DNA of 64,000 bases from Spongospora subterranea f. sp. subterranea (taxonomy: Eukaryota), in assembly GCA_049724395.1 (NCBI GenBank), contig JAUGWO010000023.1, positions 372,001 to 436,000 of the forward strand. The letters are read 5' to 3'. The notes beneath the pieces are model-generated. The model made no database searches. It worked only from the letters and a program-made list of their open reading frames with translations, and had not been told where the DNA came from. Both the position numbers and the translations under genes were made by a program. How positions within the stretch are numbered: position 1 is the first letter of the stretch; each line of letters begins with the position of its first letter. Positions 31,040-42,914 of this stretch are shown here, in pieces.

Positions 31040-31354
31040 AATGAGAAGGATGAATCTCTGAGCAATGAGAATGCCGCACGGCGCCGGAGCAGCACACACA
31101 GTTAACTTCAATTTAGCGGCGCCTCCCCTATCGGTGCTAATAAAGGTTTCGACAGTGGAATGCAACAGTGGAGTGTAACAGTTTTGAGTGTCGATGTCCA
31201 AGGTTGAGTTGAACCTACGGGATACGATACTCCGTCCCTTAAAGGCTTGTTTAATTATTTTTTTGTTGTTGCAAGGTTTATGAGAGAAAACATTGATGCG
31301 AATTGTGATTTATAAATTAGTTTAGACAACACAGCAAAAGAAAATGCGGAAACC

Positions 31355-34300
31355 TCAATGATGCTCGATTGTTAAGATGGTGAGCATGTTTCCATCACCA
31401 ACAGCAATACTACGATGGTGAATTAAATGGTGCGCCCAAATAAACCAGACGTGACCATCCTGACCTGAGATGCGGAAAGCTTCTGCGCCACGATGCCACT
31501 TCTGTTACACTGGGTAGCTCACCTCCTCGCAATTTGACAGTCTTCTCCGGTACGGGGACCGTTGATGGACAATACCTGATTATCCCTTCTATTCCCGACT
31601 GAAATTAAAAGACACTTGTGAGGAATTATTCCATTATCGTTGTCGAACAGAATAATTTCCATGATAAAACACTCTCTGAATTTCAACACTACAAAATGGA
31701 GCTGTTGCAACACACCAAGAATAACATGAAGGCGCTTACAGTGGAGACATTATTAAATGAAAGATCAATAGATATCACTCTCATAACTAGCCAAAACTGT
31801 TCATTGCCTAGCAGTACTGGCAATGTTGAATTAGTAACGCCGCAATCCACGAGCGAAATTTGTCTAAGCGAATCGGACTAAGAAGTGAAAAATGAGACGA
31901 TTTTCGATGGGAAGGTGTTGATATACAGTTAGTATACAGCGCAGCAACGCTGACAGGGCGTTGGGAATAAAAGAGAAACAATGATCCGCTAGCAATGTTT
32001 CTAGCGAAGGACACGATGACAAAGTATTACAAATCTGTGCACAGAACAAGTTAACGACAGCAATGCGCTTAATATGCGTTTGGGTAAGTCATGGAAAAAC
32101 CAAACTACTACAGCCAATTTTGCAGAACGAAAATTCGTGAAGATTGTCTCCAAGGAAAAGTAAGACATGGAAAACTAGTACAGATGAAAAAATCTCTAAG
32201 CTCATTTGAGACCGAGACAAGTCCAGCATGGTGAGCGAGTGGCGGAAAATACAGCTGACCGGATGGGTTGATGGCTTAGGAGAAACTGCACCTGCAACCT
32301 GACAATAAAGAATATAAACAGGAGCAAAGTGCACGTTCCGAAAGATAACATTGCGGAGGAATTACTCATCGGTGAAGAATATCAAAACAAATCGCTAAAT
32401 TGAAATAGCAAACTCAAACATTCGAATGACAACAAGACATGATCAACTATAACGTTGCGATACGCGACATATAAGGCAGCCAACAGACCCGCAGTGTGGC
32501 AAACTTGGGCGAACTAAACGATGAAATATTGAGACGTTCAATGTCAACACTTCCAAACGATGATATGTCGAGCAGCTCCAGTACTGGGCACCTAAAATTA
32601 CAAAGTATTGGGCGAAAAATGCACCTTTAATCGGACAGAGAAGAAGTTACAGGGCGATATCGTCTAATGTCTGGTAAACATTAGCGAATGGATTTAAAGA
32701 TACATCCAGCCTCAGCAACGACAAACATTTTCGACCATCAAAACGCAAATAATGAAGCATGCAAGCGCTAAACGGACGACGCAATTGGAACCCAATACGA
32801 ACGGCACAGGTTTTGGATCCAACCTGATGTCCAACGAGACCAGGTTATGGCTTTCAACCATCGTGCTGAGTGTATCGGGCGTCAAACGAGACATGTCGTT
32901 TCCACGCAGCGTGATGTGCTCCAGAGTTGCTGTTGCCATCAGGAGCGGGGCCAGACCGACGTGAGTCACGAGGACATTGGCCAACGATAGGGTATTCAAC
33001 AGTGTCAGGTCAGGTAATACAGTAGCCAACAGCACCGCGCAGGTATCGTTAAATGCACTGTTATCAAACGATAGTGTAACGAGAATATGGCTTTGCTGGG
33101 ACAGAACCTAAAAGGGTCATTAGATGAGGTTACCGAGTTATCCTCTGTGGGAAAGAAAACCACCTTGATCAACGGCAAAACGCAGCGAGGTGGAGAGAGA
33201 ACAGCCGATATGTCAATAACGCTATAACAAGGCAGTCAGTCAGGCGTACAATACACAAGAGTGTAATCAATTGATTCCAAACCTGATTGGCGAATCACCA
33301 GTCAGGCGTTGCACGATAATAGGGTCGTGATCATATGATAACGGGTCTGCATCGCAAACACTACGATATGCCAGAGCCAGTGGAACAGGTTGCCAGAACT
33401 GGACCACCCCAATAAATTCGGAACCTGAAAGTCAGAACCGAATTAGAAATTTGCGAATTCAGATAATAAAAGATTTTAACTAAGCGATGAATCTCAGCTA
33501 CTTAACGCTAGGAACCAGGCGGTGCCGATTGTTATTCAATCGTGAAAGGATTGTTCATGAAAAACTCTTGATATTCATGACCGGTACAATAAAAAAGAAC
33601 GGAAAAAAGTGACGCTTCTATATGATGAACGTTGTGAAAGAGACACAGCGACTAATGAAACTGTAAAGAACAATTGGGGTTCACTCTACTAATTAAAGTG
33701 TGAAACCCATGCTTGAGTATGATGGTGATACTTGTTTGTGATAGATCAAGTAATGATGATACGAGATCAGATGGGTCTGTTACGGCATCGTGCAGCAATA
33801 AATGCTTCAGAACCGGTTGACGTCCTTCGCTGCGAAAGAACCGCGAGCAAGCCTGTAATGAAATAGGGACATCAGTCACTGAATAACAGATATAAAGGGA
33901 AGGTACTTCATCAATGAGCCATGCGATTGTTGCTGATAAAGAACACACCACCAGACCCGCCCACGATTCAATTCTGACACGAACTGGAATGGTGTCTCGT
34001 GACGACAATGTCTGGGGAATAGAATCATTCAACATAGCGTTGAAAAATACTTTTACTAATCCATACCGACGAGCGTTGTACTGGTAGCCGATCTAAAACA
34101 GGGACGACCGGCACATCTTGACACCCGATATTCTCGGCGCCGTCCTATAACACGAATAAATGCTTTTGAACAAATGACTGAGAAGGAAAATCCCCAGGTT
34201 AAACCAAAATCAAAACATATTGTGCAAGGAATGATCAAGTGTATGAAGTAGCGACATACGTCGTATGGCAAGTTCATAGGGGGAAAAATCATCATCGTCG

Positions 34301-37300
34301 TCCGGTTCCTGACTGCGGAACCCTAATTGCGACGAAAGAGGGAACACGCGCTCTAGAGGTTGATCAGGTGCTGATGATGACAACGTTTTCTGACGTCTGG
34401 CGGGAACTTGTTTGCGCATCGCACGCCTCTTATGAACACGATGAGGAGTTGTTCCCCGAAACGATATATGGTTATGCGCAGGAATCACATCATCATCACC
34501 GTCAAACTCCATGACACTGGTTTCACTTTCACTGAATCGATCTGAGTCGTCCTTCGACGTATCGGGGATTACAGATACAAAGACAGAATGCATAGTACGA
34601 CGCAACGCCTTGGAGTCATCTGTAACGGTACGTATATACTTCGTCAGATCATGTTTAACATGGGCGTCAGGACTTACGTGGAGATGACAGACGGATGCGC
34701 AGGTCGAGAGAGAGCGCTTGTAGATATGCGACCGCATTGCCATGTCCTGTCATTATGGGCTTTAGTTCCGATTGACCACGAAAACAAAAAAACAAAGTTC
34801 CGTAACGGGTGTAAAACGTCAGAAATGTGGAAAGTAATGAGCAGAAAACGGAAAGGGGCGGTCAAGGAAATTTCAAAATTCGAAGGAGACGGTGATAAAC
34901 TTGGTTACGAACTGGATACGATATCAGCATAGAGAGCAAGCCAGCCATCGATTTGTGCGGCGTTGGAAAACAACTCAGATGGATCATAGTCCCCACAATG
35001 GAGCAGCAGGTCGGCAAGATCATATGATGAGCGTATGGCGGCAGCGATCATGGTGAAGGAGGGCGCCGCAACGCACTATGAAAGAACTTGAGCTTGACAA
35101 GTTTATCGATAAATGCAGGCAAAACTGGAAAATTCATCACTGATTGAATTTTTTAAGGAAAACCACAACTGGCATGTAAAAAAGGATCAATCATCAAATC
35201 TTAGAATGAAACGCTCGTTCAATCGATAAAACAAAGGTCTGGCAGTTGTTCGATAAACACGTCTTAAAACGAAAAAATGTGGAAGGGCAAGTCAAAATCG
35301 AAGACTTTCTTACTGATTGTAAAGTTTGACACATCATATCGTGCCGTTTACGCTGTGCATCAGCCGCCGATCGATACTGGCCGACATGAATGCACGCCGT
35401 TCTCAAAAGCTTCAACGCCGCTGCGTATTTCTCAGGTCTAACAAAAACGATAGGTTTAGAATCATGGGTCAGCACGAATAGGCAACTATCTAACTGTCCA
35501 GCACTGGCAGTCGAGGCCAATATTTCCGCCTGAACAATCGCGGTATCATAGTCATACGCCCCCAGGGCCATATTGTAAATTTTTCGCCTCATCGAGCGGA
35601 TTTCATTCGTTGGGGAAACCTGCGAAACAGTTCAGGAAATTGAGAAATTCTAATTGAAATTTAGCAGGAACCTCAAGGATTGACTTCAACGACAGCATCT
35701 CTTTAAAATCTGCTCGGACACGATCCAGCTCTGCGAATCCCTGGATGAGCATGGCAGTCAACGAACCGGTCTGGAACAACTTCCGTAGAAAATTTTGTAA
35801 AAGCCCAAATGAGACTGCTGACAAAACCAATCACGATGTGGTCAAGAAGGCGTCAAAGACGAATGAGCAGAACATTCAAGGGTCGAATGGAAAGAAGGAA
35901 TGATTAAGGCGAGAGAATAACAGATTGCTGTGTGTACTTCGGTAATAAAGTCAACAGGAGTCAGATTAAATTTTCGATTGATTGCCTCAGTTTTTTTGCG
36001 AAGAGAACCTGCTTTGTCAAATCTGTGGGTGATATATAAGGATGCATCGACAGACAGGCACGAAGACGTACTGGGCCGATAGCGTATATAGACGGATCAG
36101 ACCATTGTTCGCATCCCAATACGCCAAAGCAAAAGATTCGGGAGAGGGCATAGCGGAGTCAATAACAGAATACGGATCGGCTTCACTATCCCCTCGAGGA
36201 AGATCCAGTTTAGGTGGTCCCCCAAGCATGCGCATCGCGATTTTCGCTGCCTCAATAAATAATCGTTCTGAATCGGACCACCTGAACAGTTTTTAAGGAA
36301 CCGTGTGATGATCCAAACATTGGCAAAAGAACTTAAAAATGGTCAATTGTGAATACCGATATGGGTAAGCTAGTGGTCAGGAATTAATGGTAAATCAACA
36401 TACCTGCGAAGGTGGCGATACAGGTCCGCTAAGATGATCCGACCCCGGCACTCCCATATTTCATTACCGCCATGCTGGTCGGCAAGGTGGACAACGCGTA
36501 ACATCACCTCTTCTTCACGATCGTAACGTTCCAGTGCAAAAAGTGCATCACCCTGTAACGATAATGATTCCTCGTCCAAGACAAACACGCATTGATAGCA
36601 CATGTTAAGTTGAGTACCTGATTAGACATGGCGTGTAGCAATTCTGGCGACACCCTTTTGGTAATGACCGAAGCGGCCTTGCGCCACAGCTGCAGCGCTT
36701 TCTGCCCAAGATGTCGCCGAAACGGCATTAGGTATCGCTTATCTTCTTGATATTCTTCTGCCCTGGAAACACGAAAGGGAAGGAATAGGCAAATGAACAA
36801 GGCAAATTAGACGACATGTTGAAGAATTAAGATAATGACAGGTCTGCGAAAATGTGTATCCGAAGCGGAAATTGTACAAAGATTACTGATGACGTACCAG
36901 TCCATATATATTTTGCCAAGTTCGACCAACGCTTGACTCTTTATAGCCTCGTCGGCTTTAGGAAAATAAGTCCACTGCAAACTATAGTGTCAGAACGGAG
37001 GTTGACGATGAACTCAAGCAAAGTGCAAAAAACCTTGGTTAGGTCGGCAATCGCCCGTGTCCACTGTTTCATATTCCTATAACAACGACCACGATTGTAA
37101 AGAGCTTGTTGATAATCGAGATCGTCGTGCCTGGTAAACATATAAATGAGGACCTCGATAAAAATGATCGTAATGGATAATGAGGAAACTGTGGAGCGAA
37201 GGCCGAAAGATCGATGAACTATAGGACAAGGTCGTTACGATAAAACCGGGGATCGTTGACGTTCCACTGAATAACAACAAGTGCAAATCTCGCACTTGGA

Positions 37301-40300
37301 GGAAAAAGTCAAAAAAGAGGGTCGACGATGACAGCAGCCGTTTGACTGGCTTTTGTAATCAACAAAGTTTACATTGATTGTGGACAGTATTCAATGGCGT
37401 GAGAAAAATAGCGAGCAGCTTCGGTTGATCGGCCTAGCTCGTTCATAATCGTCGCAAGATGTAAACTGAGTACAAACAGTACGGCAGGACGGTTCCCATT
37501 ACGCTTCTCAATTGTCTAAAGGATACGTTGAAGAAAATTAAGAACTTAAGATACGGACAGGAACGGAAACGGATTGAGTACCAGTTGAGCTTGTGCCCCA
37601 GCGAGATCAAGGCAACTGATGAAATCTCGTTCTTGGTCTGAGCAATGGACAGCATCTTTAACGCCTTTTACTGCCAATTGGGACCCTAGTGACAGCGAAG
37701 ACAAATAAGCAACGGTTTTGGGTGTTGTCAATTTGATCGTCTCCATCTAAAACTATAGAAACGGTAGCAAATTACAAAGGACTGATCTGTAAACAGTTCA
37801 ATAGAAACTCAAAAACAGGCTGGTAACAAATGGATCGAGTAATAGTGAAACCATCGAGATCGACCAACTTTGAATATGTGCCGGAGAGACCGAAACAACG
37901 GCGTTACTACCGCCAGAAGAGTCAGAATCAGATGAGGATGCCGATGAGGAGGGAGAACTGCGCTGGCGTTTACGAACAAGCGCTTGCCCTTTACGAGTTT
38001 TGACACGGTCCCGGGGCAAATCACGACGTTTGCCTGAAGCGTCATCAGAAGACATATTGGCCAAAGAGCATTTTTCTAACTCCTTGGTGAATCAGAACTG
38101 AAACCATTTTCGGTGAGGTCAATGACAGGATCGGCTTTATTTCGATCATGATCAGATTTCGGTAATTGTCGTTCATGAGTGACGGTGCTCTGTGGAGAAG
38201 TAGAGCGCGATGACCCGCTTTCATTCGCCTGCATTTGCTGCATACGTTGTAAGGCGTTGACCGCTAGAGAATGTAATCGAGGATCTGATTCGTGTTGGAG
38301 AATGTCGTTGTACACCTGAACTGAAGTCACAAGATGGACATCAAGGCATTGAAAAGTACTAACTTTGGCTCCAACATCAAAGTGCGAATTTGCAGCAAGA
38401 AATTTCGCGTACTCCATCATTATTTGAGTTCTTTGTGTCGACAAATCAGGACGATCTTGAAGTTCGTGGATGCAGAAGCGATATGCTGAGATAATCGCCG
38501 ATTTGATGTCAACGGGCGGACATTCAATTAATTCATAAGCTGAACTCGACGCTGTAAGCCACTTTTCCAGAACGGCTGCCTATTACATATATGAACAAAA
38601 AACATCGACATTCCACAACGGACAGAACAAAAAACCACAAACTTGGTCAAAATGAAATGAAATAAAGGATCAGCATGTGAACTATAAAAATGTTGAAAAG
38701 AATGGATTGTGTAACAAAACCATGTGCGATAATAAGGATTATGATATTAGTTGAAGAAAATTAGTGATAGGGTAGGTAAAACAACCGACTGAAGTTGGTT
38801 CTACCTTATCCATCCATAAGTCTGTGCGAATGTTCACATCCGTTTCCTCGACCAACATATCACAATATATTTGATTAGCGGCCCTGAATTCACCATATTC
38901 GCAACAGATTAAAGGAAGGCCGTCTCTGATGAATCTATTGAGTTGAAAAAAAAATCGAGCAGCTCCATTACTTAGGATCATCAGCATATTGAGCCTCAAT
39001 CTTTCGGATAGCATTGATGCGCCTTTCAATGCCCGTGTTTGCGCCAGGTTCAAGTTCTACCAACTGAAATCAAGGTATTAATAAAACAGACTAAAAATGA
39101 ACGTAGCTAATTTGTTGCCTGTTGAAGGGCGGAGATGCACTGCGAGAATTCCGCTTGGATAAGGAAGATGACTGCAGAAAGTCGTAAGGATGCAGACCTT
39201 GTCTGACGCTTACACCTCAGTCGAAGAATTCTCTCCAACGCGGATAAAGAGTCCATATGGTGGTGCCGACCCATTCGAAGGAGGAGACGCGCTTTGTCGA
39301 ATAACGACCTAAATCATAACTATCAGCCAGGGAAGAGATTAACCGGTTCGACGTCACCTTGAGCGTTCGTCAGGGGGGCCATTACTTCGTGCGATCAATT
39401 GATCATAGACGGAGGCGGATTCTTCTAGAAGTGCGATCGAACGGAACTGTATACCTCTCTGGAAATGATTGTCGACATCAAAAAAAGGGGACACGACAAA
39501 AAAAGAAGCCGACAATAACAAAGGATCGATACCTTTGCAAGAAGAGAAGCCAATTTATCGAAAATCTCGATCATCGGTATTCTATTGTCAGGATCACGAG
39601 GATTGGCTTGCAGAAGCGTGACGGCACGCCGCCAATGCCGCTCTGCACTGGCTAAGTGAGAGAGTTCGACATCGGTGCGGTCTTTGATATTATTCCCTCC
39701 CAATGAGTCAACCGAAATACAGTCTTCGACATCCTCAATAACATTACAGGGACCAGGCGATTCTGATTCCGCGGCCAACCGTTCGTACCCTAATCCAACT
39801 GAAATGGCAACAGTAGGTACCTTGTAGCAATGAAAGTACAGATAGAATAAAGAGAAGTTGCAGAATTCGAAGATCGGAAAACGCGAAGCAAAGACCCAAG
39901 TCAGGCTGACAACAGAAAATCCATCGGAGCAAATAAAGGTGAAGGGACCAGAAAGATATTATCTCACCACACGACAAAAATATGTGTGTAATTTGATATG
40001 CAGAATTATACTGACCGTTGAATAAAGCGCATATTTTCTCAACAGCAACAGTGGTAGTTGACTTAACTCGGTCCAATATTTGTAGCCCTTGTAGCCAAAT
40101 ATCGAGGGCCTGGCTGACTTCACCCTTTGCTATCAACGCATTGCCAAGAAATCGCATTGCAAATGCTGTTTCCCATTCCTGAACAAAGTTCAAAATCAGG
40201 TCAATGGTATCGGATGAGATGCATTTTAACGTGTATTATGGTGGCTCGACGACACCTATTGATACAAACGGGTACGATGGAGACGGAAATTACAACGGAG

Positions 40301-40668
40301 AAAGGTGCAACAGAGGTGATACAGAAAACCCGGCTCATGAACGATTGGAAAACGGGTGAAATTGATGAACGATGGCGAACAACAACACAGAGCAACCAGA
40401 AAGAATCACCGAAATGAATCAAAATTCCACACATTCCCTCAAGACACCAGCTGAACAATACGAACATTACCTCTGCCAACCTTGTGCGATTATGCTCAAC
40501 CTCTTTACGATGAAAATTGATGGCTCGATCGTACTGGCCTAATTTTCTGCAAGCGTCGCCGCATGAATTGTAGCAGGCACTGATCTCTACTGGGTTGCCG
40601 TCTTTGAGAGCATTCATTAGGCTTTTTTCGGCTTGAGCCAGATCCATCTGATTGAGGTTACGGCCCAT
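31355..40668 (-). CDS. TONSL: TONSOKU/TONSL-like replication-repair protein: N-terminal TPRs, central TPR-like block, UBL domain, C-terminal LRRs (many exons; single-gene model inferred)
   Basis: TPR ISACYNSCGDACRKLGQYDRAINFHRKE; UBL IPVRVRIE...ATIAWLIDE...RFFRSEGRQPVL...DPSDLVSSLL matches the TONSL UBL pattern; LRRs LNTLSLANVLVT, LEHITLRGNDMS, NLVSLDI. Confidence 0.75.
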
Positions 40669-41455
40669 TAGGGACCGAGCGGGCGGGTCCCCGTCTTAAC
40701 GACGGCTGCGACCACCTTGTCGTTTATTCACTTGCGGGAAGAATATAACTATAGTTCCTGGGTGACGGGATTTAGGTCTGAACCTGAACCAGAGAGCAAG
40801 TTTGTTCCTGAACCTGTAGAACCTGGAACCAAGAGCGCGGGAAATCCGTATGGCGGGTTCTGCACTGGCGGAACCTGGAGTGAACCTGAACCTTAAAACC
40901 AGGCGGAACCCCTGATGGAACAGAACCTGGGGTTCTGGTTCAATGGGGATGAGTGCAGTGCGGTTTACGGGTAACGGGTAGTGCAGTGGGTAATGAGTAA
41001 CGGGTAACCCGTGGGCGGGGGAGGCAGTCACCCGAGGGCGGCTGGTCAAGACCACAGGGCCAGTATCTACAGTAGGTACTCTCTACCAGGTACTGGAGTG
41101 GTACTGGCTACAAATCATACATATACCTATAGAACCTGTTGTCATCACATCATCGTCTCCACTGCCTTTATGACAAAGACAGATTGGATAATACTATGAT
41201 AGAAACCCAGGCGAGTTCAACGGAGGTATCCATTGCATGTGAATGGCGGGATATCATCTGTTAGGAACCCGCTTTTTACCAGCCTTTTGAAGAGTTACGC
41301 AAGAGATGTAATGTTTATTATCCAAGCAATTTAATATTGTCTGGCCACGTTTACATACAATTATGGTCGAACTTTGTTCTGTCATGAAACATTGATGTTT
41401 GGGGACTTTAAGGGTCTTTTCACGATATAGGGTTTTAGCCCATTGCAGTAACTGT

Positions 41456-41779
41456 CTACCTATTTAAGTCCAGTTCGAACATCTCCACCAGAGTTTCTGC
41501 ACATTCATATTCCCATTTGGCGAAAGCGCTGCAATCGTCCGGGCAACATGAGCTGGAAGAACTTGAGCTGGTTGCAGCTGGGGAAACAGGCTGTTCATGA
41601 GAAGAGACCTTGTCCCTGGCTTGCTGAACACGATCAATGCAGGTTTCCGCGCGATTCAGTCGAACGCAACGTTGACAGGGGCGCTCTGTTCCACATCGAG
41701 CTTTAGCTCGGACACAGCACGAACACGCCACCTGAGTTGTCTTGCGCGATGAACGTTCTTCGCCTTTAGGGAATATCAT
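41456..41779 (-). CDS. Small Zn(II)2Cys6 binuclear-cluster DNA-binding protein
   Basis: RKTTQVACSCCVRAKARCGTERPCQRCVRLNRAETC = C-x2-C-x6-C-x5-C-x2-C-x8-C. Confidence 0.85.
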   Translation of the reverse strand: MIFPKGEERSSRKTTQVACSCCVRAKARCGTERPCQRCVRLNRAETCIDRVQQARDKVSSHEQPVSPAATSSSSSSSCCPDDCSAFAKWEYECAETLVEMFELDLNR

Positions 41780-42914
41780 CTTCCGTGAGTTGGAACGAAT
41801 GTAGTTAGTTGATTAGAGATATGACGATGAGGCGAGCTTCAGTGACGAGGGAACCGGCAAACGGCCGAATTGGGTCGGCCGATAGAGACAATAATAGCCT
41901 GAATCGGCCAATTCATTAACACCGACTTGTGTATCAACTAATAATAACCACAATTGGCCATTAATAAGATGACAGACATGTGACATTTCAAAACTATTTC
42001 AGATCATGATTGTCCTGACCTTTCCTCCACCATACGATAATCCGCTAACCCATTCTCCATTACTCCCTCAGCGGTTTTGTCAACAGATACCCCTTCATTA
42101 TTGTTTGCTTCCCACGGTCGGCCGTTCAGACTTGATCATATTCTCACCGTCCCGTCCCGTCGTTATTGGTATTTTCAATGACCCACACGCAGCAGCAAAG
42201 TTTTTTCGTGTTCTGACTGTGGAAACCTGTTTCCGAGCAGGAAATACATATACTCCTGTATACTGTGTTAAGGGCAGTGATCGATTACATATATTGCTGG
42301 TCAACTTGATTGTTTATAAATCTCAGGAGATCACAACATGTCAGATTGATTTGGTGATTTCGTGGTTACCGTATATACATCTCTGTATTATATATCGACT
42401 GTTAATTTGACAACCAGACCGTTTATAATGTTGTCGATACGGTGCCAATACGAGCAGGAATGTTGATCATCTGCTGTTAGCCCTACGGTAGTGACCTTCG
42501 TCAACAAAACCAGCCGATCACCCATGAACAGAGCACAGCTAATCAATCATAGTATTAATGGCAAACATATCATCCACATCATGTAATTATGGTGCAAATC
42601 AGGATTACACTGAACCACATTCCAATGTCGAATCAAATCGACAGAATATATTTTGTCGATATGAATATGATGTTAGATAATGAATGTGTCGCGTGCCTCT
42701 GAATCAATATTCTGGTCCATCGCAACTGCCGGGGTCGGATTCACGTCAGATGTTCACGAAAAAAACAGGGAATGCCTCGGATGCTGCTGTATGATTGATC
42801 GATGGACTAACCATAATGAGTGGTTTCTGACGGATCTCATGTGTTGATCAGCAAATTAAACAGCTACAGGAGGAACGGGATGCGGCTATTCAATTATCGG
42901 ATAGGCTAGCGACT

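Noticed and set aside
31039..31150. Iron-responsive element in the ferritin 5' region
   Set aside because: No CAGUGN loop hairpin on the sense strand
42816..42830. In-frame TGA after ATG AGT GGT TTC as selenocysteine or readthrough
   Set aside because: No selenoprotein context or SECIS seen; a downstream start or a sequence error is simpler
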